Source: Deltaproteobacteria bacterium
Lineage (GTDB): Bacteria; CG2-30-53-67
Length of the DNA stretch: 64,000 nucleotides
Reading direction: 5' to 3'
Assembly (NCBI GenBank): GCA_013151235.1
Contig: JAADIO010000048.1
Span: 23,559-87,558 of the forward strand
Shown here: positions 35,176 through 44,036 of the stretch, one piece after another
Layout: each line of letters begins with the position of its first letter
How positions within the stretch are numbered: position 1 is the stretch's first letter
Notes under the pieces: generated by a model
Seen by the model: the letters and a program-made list of their open reading frames with translations, nothing else
Database searches by the model: none
What the model was told of the DNA's origin: nothing
Made by a program: the position numbers and the translations under genes

Positions 35176-35648
35176 TATGCATAACTCCCTTCCCGGAATT
35201 GTTTCCGGGGGATGATCCTCAATCGCTCTTCCCGGAAGGATCTCTCCTGCGGCTCCAAAACCCAGGACCTTGACGATGGGTCTTTCCCCTCGATGACTGA
35301 AACAATCAGATAGGAATATTCGTTCCATGCACGGTGAAGATCCACGGAGGAGGGGAGGGAAGGCCCATCGGGATGAGAGTGATAAAAGCCGAGGATCTCC
35401 CGACCGGCCTTTCGGGCCTCCCGGTCTACCCGCAGGAAGTCTCTTCCGTCGATCGCATAACGGTCACATCCCCGAAGGTGTTCGCGGTTCTTTGTCGGAA
35501 AATTTTTTTCAACCCGTTTCTCTTTCCCCAACCGGCCGACGAGAATTCCGCAACATTCCTGAGGATATTCCCGGACGGCCTGCCGATGGATGCGTTGAAG
35601 AAGAGAGGGGGAAATCAGGAGTGCGGTCAAGAATGGATCACCTCGCAA
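35175..35648 (-). CDS. JAMM/MPN+ metalloprotease (Mec+/HcyD-like)
   Basis: EYPQECCGILVG and HSHPDGPSLPSSVD (the ExnHxHx7Sx2D motif). The start codon is uncertain (TTG). Confidence 0.85.
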   Translation of the reverse strand: MRGDPFLTALLISPSLLQRIHRQAVREYPQECCGILVGRLGKEKRVEKNFPTKNREHLRGCDRYAIDGRDFLRVDREARKAGREILGFYHSHPDGPSLPSSVDLHRAWNEYSYLIVSVIEGKDPSSRSWVLEPQERSFREERLRIIPRKQFREGSYA

Positions 35649-35663
35649 GGGGACGGAAAGCCG

Positions 35664-36470
35664 TCAGAAGTTTACCCGGCAGAATTCTTCATAATCGATC
35701 AATTCCGTAATGGTCGGATGCTCCCCGCAGACGGGGCAGCCGGGATCTTTCCGCACCTTGATGGTCCGGAACTCCATTTCCAGCGCCTCGTAATTCAGCA
35801 TCCGGCCCTGCAGAAGTTTTCCCGTCTTCAGGATCAGCTTCAGAACTTCCGTCGCCTGAAGCAGACCGATCACGCCGGGGAGAACCCCGAGAACCCCCGC
35901 TTCTTCACAGGAGGCCGTCATCCCCGGCGGGGGCGGCTCCCGGAAGAGACAGCGATAACAGGGACCCTCTCCGGGGAGAATGGTCATGACCTGACCGGTA
36001 AAACGGAAGACCGCTCCGTAGGAGAGGGGCTTGCCGGTCAGGACACAGGCGTCATTGACAAGATAGCGGGTCGGAAAATTGTCGCTCCCGTCGACAACAA
36101 TGTCATAGCCCTGAAGGATCTCCAGAATATTCTTTGAGGTCACCCGCTCCTGATAGGTCGTTACCTCCACGGCCGGATTCAGCGCTTCCAGGGTTTCTTT
36201 GGCGGAGAGTGCCTTGTTCTTCCCCAGGTCCGTCATGCTGTGTACCACCTGCCGTTGCAGGTTGCTCAACTCCACGTGGTCGCCGTCGACAATCCCGATC
36301 TTTCCCACGCCTGCGGCGGCGAGATAGTAACCTACCGGCGCCCCGAGACCTCCGCCTCCGATCATCAACACACGGGCATCACGGATCTTTTTCTGGCCTG
36401 CTCCCCCGACCTCCGGGAGAAGAATATGCCGGCTGTAGCGCTTGATTTCGTCTTCCGAAAAGTCAAACAT
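35664..36470 (-). CDS. MoeB/ThiF-family E1-like adenylyltransferase (no rhodanese domain)
   Basis: YSRHILLPEVG, GGGGLGAP nucleotide loop, CYRC and CPVC zinc pairs. It ends at 268 aa. Confidence 0.9.
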   Translation of the reverse strand: MFDFSEDEIKRYSRHILLPEVGGAGQKKIRDARVLMIGGGGLGAPVGYYLAAAGVGKIGIVDGDHVELSNLQRQVVHSMTDLGKNKALSAKETLEALNPAVEVTTYQERVTSKNILEILQGYDIVVDGSDNFPTRYLVNDACVLTGKPLSYGAVFRFTGQVMTILPGEGPCYRCLFREPPPPGMTASCEEAGVLGVLPGVIGLLQATEVLKLILKTGKLLQGRMLNYEALEMEFRTIKVRKDPGCPVCGEHPTITELIDYEEFCRVNF

Positions 36471-36472
36471 TT

Positions 36473-36697
36473 TCAGTTGCGTTCCTCCACGTTCACGTGC
36501 ATCGTTCGTAAAAACGAGACTGCGCGCTCGATCTCCTTTTCCTCACCCTCCAGTTCCAGGAGGACCCATCCTTCCTGTTCCGTTACCGCCGCCTGAAAGA
36601 TGCTGGTCACCACCTTGAATTCGTGACCGATCCGATAGATGACCGGTTCCTGAATCAACTCGTCGGAAAAGGTCAGACTGATCATTTTCTTCGCCAT
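36473..36697 (-). CDS. Stand-alone NIL-domain protein
   Basis: 74 aa. ISLTFSDELIQEPVIYRIGHEFKVVTSIFQAAV...GWVLLELEGEE follows the pattern of the MetN C-terminal NIL domain. Confidence 0.72.
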   Translation of the reverse strand: MAKKMISLTFSDELIQEPVIYRIGHEFKVVTSIFQAAVTEQEGWVLLELEGEEKEIERAVSFLRTMHVNVEERN

Positions 36698-36721
36698 ATC
36701 ATTGCTCCCCGTCCTCCACCG

Positions 36722-36958
36722 CTATTCGATCACATCCATTACGACCGGTTCGACCCGCACGTCCTGTGACTTCAGGTATTCCATGGCCCGGCCGATCTCT
36801 TCCGGTTCCCCTTCCAATTCCAGCCCGACAACCCCGATCTCGTCGGTCACACTGGCACAACGAATGTTGGTCACCACATTGAACTTGTGACCCACATGAT
36901 AGATCAGCGGCTCCCGGATCAGTTTGGGGGGAAAGGTCAGATAAACTTTACGTTTCAT
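36722..36958 (-). CDS. Stand-alone NIL-domain protein (paralogue)
   Basis: 78 aa. VYLTFPPKLIREPLIYHVGHKFNVVTNIRCASV...GVVGLELEGEPEE. ATG at 36958 after GGAGG. Confidence 0.72.
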   Translation of the reverse strand: MKRKVYLTFPPKLIREPLIYHVGHKFNVVTNIRCASVTDEIGVVGLELEGEPEEIGRAMEYLKSQDVRVEPVVMDVIE

Positions 36959-36960
36959 CC

Positions 36961-37236
36961 TCAACCTCCTGCAATGGCGGGAACGATGGAAAGAGCGTCC
37001 CCGTCCTTGATCTTTGTTTCCAGATCGTTCAGAAACCGGATATCCTCGTCATTGAGATAGACGTTCACGAATCTTCGCAATTTCTCATTCTCATCGCAGA
37101 TTCGTTCCTGAATGCCGGAATATTGCTTCTCCATGTTCGAAATGATTTCCCGAACCGTTTCCCCTTCAGCGGTCACCTCCGATGCGCCATCGGTCAGTGA
37201 TCGAAGCGGCGTTGGAATTCTGATTGTTACGGACAT
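36961..37236 (-). CDS. ThiS/MoaD-fold sulfur-carrier protein (CysO-like), C-terminal Gly-Gly
   Basis: 91 aa, ends AIAGG-stop. IPTPLRSL...YSGIQERI...RFVNVYLNDEDIRF...DGDALSIVPAIAGG closely resembles my recollection of CysO. ATG after GGGAGG. Confidence 0.85.
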   Translation of the reverse strand: MSVTIRIPTPLRSLTDGASEVTAEGETVREIISNMEKQYSGIQERICDENEKLRRFVNVYLNDEDIRFLNDLETKIKDGDALSIVPAIAGG

Positions 37237-37273
37237 TATTGACCTCCCATGTTTCAGTTTTTTAGATGTTTTA

Positions 37274-38515
37274 TCATAACCGGGACTGATTTTCCAGCAA
37301 AAGGGCTTCAAAGGAGTCGAGCCTGGAATCGATCACCGGGTGGGGATGCAACCGGCCGACGAGGGCTTCCTGAGTTTTCAGGCCATTTCCTGTAATGGAA
37401 ACCACGATCGATTCGTCGCGGGGGATCTTTCCCTGTTCAATGAGTTTTTTCGCCGCCCCCAGGGTGACCCCGCCGGCGGTTTCCGTGAAGATCCCTTCCG
37501 TCTCCGCCAGCAGTTTGATCGCTTCGATGATCTCATCGTCGGTGACCTCTTCTCCCCACCCTCCCGAATCGGTCATGGTCCGGATGGCGTAGAACCCGTC
37601 CGCAGGATTTCCGATGGCCAGCGATTTGGCGATGGTGTCCGGTTTGACCGGTTTGAAAAGCTCCGTCCCTTTCTTCACGGCCGTTACAATCGGGGAGCAG
37701 CCGGTCGCCTGGGCTCCGAACATCTTCGTGGGGCTCTCCTCCACCAGACCGATCTTCGCCATCTCCTGAAAGGATTTCTTCAGCTTGGTGATCAGCGAAC
37801 CTCCGGCCATCGGCACCACCACATTCTGCGGAAGCCGCCACCCTAATTGCTCTGCGATTTCGTATCCGAAGGTTTTGGATCCTTCCGCATAGAAGGGACG
37901 AAGATTGATGTTGACGAATGCCCACCGGTGTTGGTCGGCCACTTCGGTACAGAGCCGGTTTACATCGTCATAGTTCCCTTCGACCCCCACGAGGTTCGTC
38001 CCGAAGACCTGCGTTCCCATAATCTTTCCCTGCTCCAGGTCGGCCGGGATGAAGACGTAGCTCTTCAGACCGGCGGACGAAGCACAGGCCGCCACGGCAT
38101 TGGCCAGATTCCCCGTCGATGCGCAGGCAATCGTGTCGAAGCCGAACTCCTTTGCTTTCGAGACCGCCACGGCGACCACCCGGTCCTTGAAGGAGAGCGT
38201 TGGGAAACTGACAGCGTCATTCTTGATATAGAGTTCCGAGACGCCGAGTTTGTGCGCCAGGTTTTCCGCCCGGACGAGAGGCGTATAACCGACGTTCTCT
38301 CCTACGGTCGGTGCTTCATCCAGGGGGAGCAGTTCCAGATAACGCCACATGTCCGGCGGCCGGGCCATGATCTTTTCACGTGACAAGACGTCGGCAATCT
38401 CATCATATTGATAGACCACTTCCAGCGGCCCGAAACAGAACTCACAGATATTGATCGGATCCTTGGGGTATTCTCTTCCGCATTCCCTGCATTTCAAACC
38501 CTGTACATAACCCAT
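37274..38515 (-). CDS. Threonine-synthase-family PLP enzyme with N-terminal zinc ribbon
   Basis: CRECG...CEFCFG ribbon. PTLSFKDR (PLP lysine). 413 aa. Confidence 0.88.
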   Translation of the reverse strand: MGYVQGLKCRECGREYPKDPINICEFCFGPLEVVYQYDEIADVLSREKIMARPPDMWRYLELLPLDEAPTVGENVGYTPLVRAENLAHKLGVSELYIKNDAVSFPTLSFKDRVVAVAVSKAKEFGFDTIACASTGNLANAVAACASSAGLKSYVFIPADLEQGKIMGTQVFGTNLVGVEGNYDDVNRLCTEVADQHRWAFVNINLRPFYAEGSKTFGYEIAEQLGWRLPQNVVVPMAGGSLITKLKKSFQEMAKIGLVEESPTKMFGAQATGCSPIVTAVKKGTELFKPVKPDTIAKSLAIGNPADGFYAIRTMTDSGGWGEEVTDDEIIEAIKLLAETEGIFTETAGGVTLGAAKKLIEQGKIPRDESIVVSITGNGLKTQEALVGRLHPHPVIDSRLDSFEALLLENQSRL

Positions 38516-38532
38516 TTCCCTGTCCCTTTCAT

Positions 38533-38976
38533 TTAGATCTGATACATATCCCGGGAAAGACTCTCCCGCTTTTTTTCTCGCTCCGCAACATCTTCCAGAG
38601 TGATTGATTTCAGATGATTCACGATCTTCTCATTGACTTCGCCCCAGATATCACGGGTCACACACCGGTCCGACCGTTGGCAGAAAGAGCGGTCTGCCAC
38701 ACACTCCGTCAAGCTGAAGGCGCCTTCCAGCACGGTGATAATCGTGTAGAGATCAATTTCAGCGGGTGACCTTGCCAGGTGATAACCGCCGTGCGGCCCC
38801 CGGGTACTCTTGACCAGACCGCCGACCCGCAAGGGAGTGACCAACTGCTCCAGATACTTCACGGAGATTTCCTGCCGTTTCGAAACCTCTCGAAGGAGGA
38901 TCGGGCCTTCTCCGAAATGAAGTGCAAGATCGAGCATGAATCGTGTGCCGTATCGTCCCCGTGTTGAAAGTTTCAA
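38533..38976 (-). CDS. Rrf2-family transcriptional regulator (IscR/CymR-like)
   Basis: MKLSTRGRYGTRFMLDLA and GGYHLARSP. Three C-terminal Cys (CVADRSFCQRSDRC). TTG start. Confidence 0.9.
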   Translation of the reverse strand: MKLSTRGRYGTRFMLDLALHFGEGPILLREVSKRQEISVKYLEQLVTPLRVGGLVKSTRGPHGGYHLARSPAEIDLYTIITVLEGAFSLTECVADRSFCQRSDRCVTRDIWGEVNEKIVNHLKSITLEDVAEREKKRESLSRDMYQI

Positions 38977-39074
38977 TGGTCCAGGCCCTCTTAGTAGCTT
39001 ATTATCCCTATCTGTTTAGTCAAGTTAAGATACTCGAAATAAAAAAGGGTGTCAAGCAATTTTTTTAAGAAAAT

Positions 39075-39641
39075 TTAAAGAATAATCTGATCGAGGGGAC
39101 GTTTCGGCACATGGTGTACGTCCGTCTCATCCCGCCAGTAGCGGATATTCCCATCAGCCCCGACCTCCTCGATGACCACTTTTTCCTTCGGCCTGCCGAT
39201 GGCCAGGACCAGAAGAATTTTGTAGCGATCCGGAATTTCCAGGGATGCCCGCAGTTTCTCCCGCCGGATCGAGCCGATCATGCAGCCGCCCAACCCCTTT
39301 TCCACGGCTCCGAGGAGAATCGTCTGGGCTGCAATCCCGTGATCACATCCGAAGTCCTTGACGATATTCGTATCCCCCAGGATGACGATATAGGCCGCCG
39401 GTCGTTCCCCCGGCGCCGGTCCTTTCCACTCTTTGAGATAACCGGCCCAGGCAAGATGGGGGAAGATCCGGGCGTTTTGTTCCGGCTCGCAGGAAAGAAG
39501 ATATTTCAGGGGTTGCAGATTGGCCGCCGCAGCGCTGTGACGCGCCAGGTCGACCAGTTTTCGCAAGGCCTGCATGGAAACGGTCTCCCCTTCATAAAAA
39601 CGGCGATAACTTCGGTTCCGGTATACCAGATCCTTGAACAT
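39075..39641 (-). CDS. Nitroreductase-family protein
   Basis: RNRSYRRF and AANLQPL motifs. ATG at 39641 preceded by GGGAGGA. Confidence 0.8.
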   Translation of the reverse strand: MFKDLVYRNRSYRRFYEGETVSMQALRKLVDLARHSAAAANLQPLKYLLSCEPEQNARIFPHLAWAGYLKEWKGPAPGERPAAYIVILGDTNIVKDFGCDHGIAAQTILLGAVEKGLGGCMIGSIRREKLRASLEIPDRYKILLVLAIGRPKEKVVIEEVGADGNIRYWRDETDVHHVPKRPLDQIIL

Positions 39642-39717
39642 CCTTATTCCTCCCTTCTTGGTCAAACTGATAACAGCTCATGATTATAAAGCAGGTGTTC
39701 CGAATTGTCACCCCAAC

Positions 39718-39908
39718 AATTTTGATGAAGTCGTAAAAAGTCGTTTTCAGGATTCCGTTCATGGTTCGACAAGCTTCCGAGCATGGTGAGCTTGCCGAAC
39801 CACACGAACGGAATATCAATTACTTACACCGTTCGCCCTGAGCACGCCTGTCCTGAGCCGGTCGAAGGGTCGAAGGGCTTCGTGACTTTTTACGACACCA
39901 TCAATTTT
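39718..39908. mobile_element. MITE-like element, family B, with 25-bp terminal inverted repeats
   Basis: The TIR AATTTTGATGAAGTCGTAAAAAGTC (39718-39742) matches the reverse complement of 39884-39908 at 21 of 25 positions. Internal hairpin ATTCCGTTC...GAACGGAAT. No ORF. Confidence 0.7.
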
Positions 39909-40116
39909 CAGGGCAGGCGCAGAAGTGCAAACAGCTTATAACGGCGAATGGCTCATTTTGCGGGATCCTCTGTCGGAGCGGTTCGTATGATTTTATCTGT
40001 GGCCGGTTCGGCGCTGACTTCCGGGCGGCTGCAATTTCTTTTCTTCCCGGGATGGATCTGGTAAGATAAAACAATTTTTTTTGACGAAAGTTGTGGGGAA
40101 AGGGCGGAAATCCAGG

Positions 40117-41469
40117 ATGAAACCTTCAGAGACAATTCAGGTTCCGGTTATTTGCGACAAAGAGTATCTCCACCAGCTCGAAGAAGATCGTCTGGCGGTC
40201 TATGCCATGAAGAGCCGTCGGGCCACCCGGAGGCATCGGATTCCCGCGGAAGGTCGCAGTCACGACTACCGGACCGAGTTCCAGCGTGATCGGGACAGGA
40301 TTCTCCACTCCCGGGCCTTCCGGCGCCTGAAACACAAGACGCAGGTTTTTCTCGCCACCGAAGGGGATCATCAGCGGACCCGGTTGACCCATACCCTGGA
40401 GGTTGCCCAGGTGGCCCGGACCCTTTGCCGGGCACTGTCGTTGAACGAGGACCTGGCGGAGGCCATCGCCCTGGGGCATGATCTCGGCCACACCCCCTTC
40501 GGACATATTGGTGAGGCGGTGCTCCACAAGATCATGTCCGGGCAGGATTCCCTGGAAGGGCTGCTGGACATCAAGGTCTCAGCGAACACCGGAGGGTTCC
40601 GGCACAATTTTCAGAGTCTTCGTGTTGTTGATTTGCTGGAGAAACGGTACAAAGGGGAGGGGCTTAATCTGACCGATGAGACCCGATTGGGAATTGTCAG
40701 GCATACGTCGCTTCCTTCCGATGTGACTTACCAGCCTTTTCAAGCGCAACTCTTCACCCTGGACAGCCCCCCGTTTCTCGAAGCCCAGATTGTAGCCCTG
40801 TCCGACGAAATCGCCCAGCAGACACACGACATGGAAGATGGTCTCCGGACGGGGCTGGTCAACCTGGAGCGGTTGGAGAAGCTGGAACTGATCGAAGAAG
40901 TAATTCGGCGGATTGCGGTGGACTATTCCGATTCTCATCGTTCCTTCCATAAACAGAACATGCTCGTTCGGGGAACGATCCATTTCCTGGTTACGGACAT
41001 CCTCCTTCAGACGGGCAGGAGGATTCGGGCCTGGATCAAAAAAGAAGGGATCCGTTCCTCTCAGGATTTTTACAAGAAGATCGGGGACCTTCCGCCCGAT
41101 CTGGTTGCCTTCTCTCCCAGGGGGAAGAAACTCTACGGAGGGCTGAAAAACTTTGTCTACCGGGAGATCATCAACAGTTATCGGGTCAACCGAATGGATG
41201 GCCGGGCGATCCATTTTCTGCGGAGTCTCTTTATGGCCTATTACGTTAATCCTCGGCAGCTTCAGGACTGGGCATTGTTGCGTTATGCACAAGACCGAAA
41301 TGAATCCTACCTGCGGGACATTCCCTTAACGCAGGTAGAGAAGAAGATACGGGCATTGCAGAAAGAACCTTCCTTTCTGCGTCTTCTTTGTGATCATGTC
41401 GCCGGCATGAGTGACCGCTTTGCCATGGAAGAGTACCGGAAACTTTATCTGCCGAACATGCAGGGATAG
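40117..41469 (+). CDS. dGTP triphosphohydrolase-like HD-domain protein
   Basis: FQRDRDRILHSRAFRRLKHKTQVF, RLTHTLEVAQV and LGHDLGHTPFGH. Confidence 0.9.
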   Translation: MKPSETIQVPVICDKEYLHQLEEDRLAVYAMKSRRATRRHRIPAEGRSHDYRTEFQRDRDRILHSRAFRRLKHKTQVFLATEGDHQRTRLTHTLEVAQVARTLCRALSLNEDLAEAIALGHDLGHTPFGHIGEAVLHKIMSGQDSLEGLLDIKVSANTGGFRHNFQSLRVVDLLEKRYKGEGLNLTDETRLGIVRHTSLPSDVTYQPFQAQLFTLDSPPFLEAQIVALSDEIAQQTHDMEDGLRTGLVNLERLEKLELIEEVIRRIAVDYSDSHRSFHKQNMLVRGTIHFLVTDILLQTGRRIRAWIKKEGIRSSQDFYKKIGDLPPDLVAFSPRGKKLYGGLKNFVYREIINSYRVNRMDGRAIHFLRSLFMAYYVNPRQLQDWALLRYAQDRNESYLRDIPLTQVEKKIRALQKEPSFLRLLCDHVAGMSDRFAMEEYRKLYLPNMQG

Positions 41470-41611
41470 GAATGATTCGGTCTGATGAGCGTACAAGTAC
41501 AACGCGGAGAGCAGGCGGCAAACCGTGTCTGAAGAAGAGAACCTGAATATGAACATCCCCTTTTCCACATGTATGGATCCCGGCAATGCGTTGATGGGAC
41601 CGTGTGGGCAC

Positions 41612-42106
41612 TTATTCAGCGGCGGGGGTCTGTTTCCCGTCTTTGCCGTCCGGGGTTTTGACGACCACCCGTTCCGTGGTAAAGGGTCCCCAGGTCCGGT
41701 CGAGGATATCCTTCCAGGTGCCTTTCATCTTGTTGCCCTGAACCTCGGCATCAAAGGCATAGCTGCGGCCGGTGCGAAAATTGCTTCCGTTGGCGGTCGC
41801 CGTAAAGGTCAGCCGGCTACCGATCAGTTTGGCGTCGGAGATGATTGCATGCTCGAAAGTCCCGTCTTTGGAGGTAATCGTTCCCCAGACCAACCCATTT
41901 TTCTGCTGGTTCAATTGGAGAGAAAAAACAGCATTGGGCGTTCCGGTTTGCTGTGCAGCTCCCTTCCAGATTCCCTGGATGTTGTCGGTGCCGGTTCCAT
42001 CCGCTTTTTTATGTTTGGCCGGTTTGCTGCATCCGATTGCAGCAGTCAGCAACACACAAAAGACAAGAATCACGAGTTTCTTCAGCCGGTTTGATGAGAT
42101 ATCCAT
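41612..42106 (-). CDS. Hypothetical lipoprotein
   Basis: Signal peptide with lipobox LTAAIGC. No recognised domain. Confidence 0.6.
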   Translation of the reverse strand: MDISSNRLKKLVILVFCVLLTAAIGCSKPAKHKKADGTGTDNIQGIWKGAAQQTGTPNAVFSLQLNQQKNGLVWGTITSKDGTFEHAIISDAKLIGSRLTFTATANGSNFRTGRSYAFDAEVQGNKMKGTWKDILDRTWGPFTTERVVVKTPDGKDGKQTPAAE

Positions 42107-42230
42107 GTTCTTTTTTAAACCTCCTTGACCATCTTCGAAATTAAGTTATAGAATGTAAGTTACTGAACGATACTGGTTCATTTCCTGAAAATCAAGAAGA
42201 AAATTATCCGGCACTGAATGGGGAAATGGA

Positions 42231-44021
42231 ATGACTCTGGAAAGCGAAAAAATAGAAGAGATGAATGATTATTTTGTCAAGATTGCCTACTTCAGTATGG
42301 AAGTAGGGTTGGAGGAGGATGTGCCTACCTACAGCGGGGGGCTGGGGATTCTGGCGGGGGATACGTTGAAATCCTGTGCGGATCTGCATCTTCCGGTCGT
42401 GGGAATGACCCTTCTGCAGGGAAAAGGTTATTTCATCCAGAAGCTGGACGCAAAGGGTAACCAGAGTGAGGAACCGGTGAACTGGGACCCCTCTTTTTCG
42501 ATGAAACAGTTGCCTTACAGAGTCAAGGTCCGGATCGGCGGCCGGGAGGTCGCAATCCAGGCCTGGCGCTACATGATCCGGGGGGAAACGGATGCCGCCG
42601 TTCCGGTCTATTTTTTAGACACCAATGTGGAAGACAATCATCCCGAGGATCGTGAGATTACCTCCTACCTTTATGGGGGGGACCATGCCTACCGGTTCAA
42701 ACAGGAAATCGTTCTGGGGATCGGCGGAGTACGGATGTTGCGGGCCATGGGATATGACCGCCTGACCACCTATCACATGAACGAAGGCCATGCGAGTCTT
42801 TTGACCCTTGAGCTGTTGCGTGAGAACGAAAAGTCCCCGGAAGCGGTCTGGTTTGAACAGGCGCGGTGGGACCCGGAGTCCGTCAAAGATCTCTGTGTTT
42901 TTACGACCCACACTCCGGTGCCGGCGGGGCATGACCGTTTTGAGAATGACCTGGTCAAGAAACTGCTCGGGGAGAAGAAGGAAAACCTGCAGGGGGAGGA
43001 GGACCCCTATCTCATTCACAAGATCCCCTTTGAGGTCGTCGATAATCTGAGCGGCAAGGGGAAATTCAATATGACACTTCTGGCGCTGAACCTGAGCCGC
43101 TATGCCAACGGGGTGGCCAAGAAGCATGGACAGGTGTCGAAAGAAATGTTTCCGGAATATGAGATCGATTCCATCACGAACGGTGTCCATGTACGGACCT
43201 GGATGTCAAAGGAGTTCCAGGCACTCATGGATAAGTATGTCCGGGGATGGAAGACCGACTCTTTCATGCTGCGCCAGGCCATGGGGATCCCTCCGGAGGA
43301 GGTCTGGACGGCCCATCAGCAGTGCAAGAAAAAACTCTTCGATTATATTCACCGGACGACCGGTGTCGATCTGGATCCGGAGGTGCTGACCATTGGTTTC
43401 GCTCGCCGGGCGGCCGCCTACAAACGGGGGGACTTGCTCTTCCGGGATATTAAACGGCTGAAAGAAATCCTGGAGAAGGCGGGGAAATTTCAGTTGGTTT
43501 ATGCCGGGAAGGCCCATCCCAGGGATGAACCGGGCAAGGCCCTGATTCGGAAAATCATTCAGCATAGTCATGAACTGGCCGACACGATTCCTATCGTCTA
43601 TCTGGAGAACTACGACTTTGCACTGGGAAGATTGTTGACCTCCGGCGTGGATGTCTGGCTTAACAACCCGAAACGCCCTCAGGAGGCCTCCGGGACCAGC
43701 GGGATGAAGGCGACCCTGAACGGAGTCATCAATTTCAGCGTACTCGACGGCTGGTGGATCGAAGGACATCGTGAAGGGATTACCGGCTGGTCGATCGGCC
43801 CGAGGCCGTCCAGCGTTCCACCGGGGGCCGATACGGATGCCCTGGATGTACAGGACCTTTATGAAAAACTGGAAGAGGTGATTTTGCCCACCTATTACCA
43901 CAAACGGGAAGACTGGATCGGGATCATGCTCAACGGGATCAGTCTGAACGGATCTTTCTTTAACACCAACCGGATGATGTTGCAGTATGTTTCCAGCGCC
44001 TACCTGAGAAGACTGGGCTGA
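42231..44021 (+). CDS. glgP: Alpha-glucan (glycogen/maltodextrin) phosphorylase, short GT35 type
   Basis: YFSMEVG...YSGGLGILAGD and EASGTSGMKATLNG (PLP lysine). Confidence 0.9.
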   Translation: MTLESEKIEEMNDYFVKIAYFSMEVGLEEDVPTYSGGLGILAGDTLKSCADLHLPVVGMTLLQGKGYFIQKLDAKGNQSEEPVNWDPSFSMKQLPYRVKVRIGGREVAIQAWRYMIRGETDAAVPVYFLDTNVEDNHPEDREITSYLYGGDHAYRFKQEIVLGIGGVRMLRAMGYDRLTTYHMNEGHASLLTLELLRENEKSPEAVWFEQARWDPESVKDLCVFTTHTPVPAGHDRFENDLVKKLLGEKKENLQGEEDPYLIHKIPFEVVDNLSGKGKFNMTLLALNLSRYANGVAKKHGQVSKEMFPEYEIDSITNGVHVRTWMSKEFQALMDKYVRGWKTDSFMLRQAMGIPPEEVWTAHQQCKKKLFDYIHRTTGVDLDPEVLTIGFARRAAAYKRGDLLFRDIKRLKEILEKAGKFQLVYAGKAHPRDEPGKALIRKIIQHSHELADTIPIVYLENYDFALGRLLTSGVDVWLNNPKRPQEASGTSGMKATLNGVINFSVLDGWWIEGHREGITGWSIGPRPSSVPPGADTDALDVQDLYEKLEEVILPTYYHKREDWIGIMLNGISLNGSFFNTNRMMLQYVSSAYLRRLG

Positions 44022-44036
44022 CCGGAGGAGGACCGT

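Noticed and set aside
38977-39074. Riboswitch (SAM/cobalamin type) upstream of the sulfur operon or of the MetE-like gene (44022-44036)
   Set aside because: The Rrf2 leader is under 100 nt and AT-rich with only a weak GTATCT...AGATAG inverted repeat. The MetE-like gene is 15 nt from glgP, which leaves no room for an aptamer.
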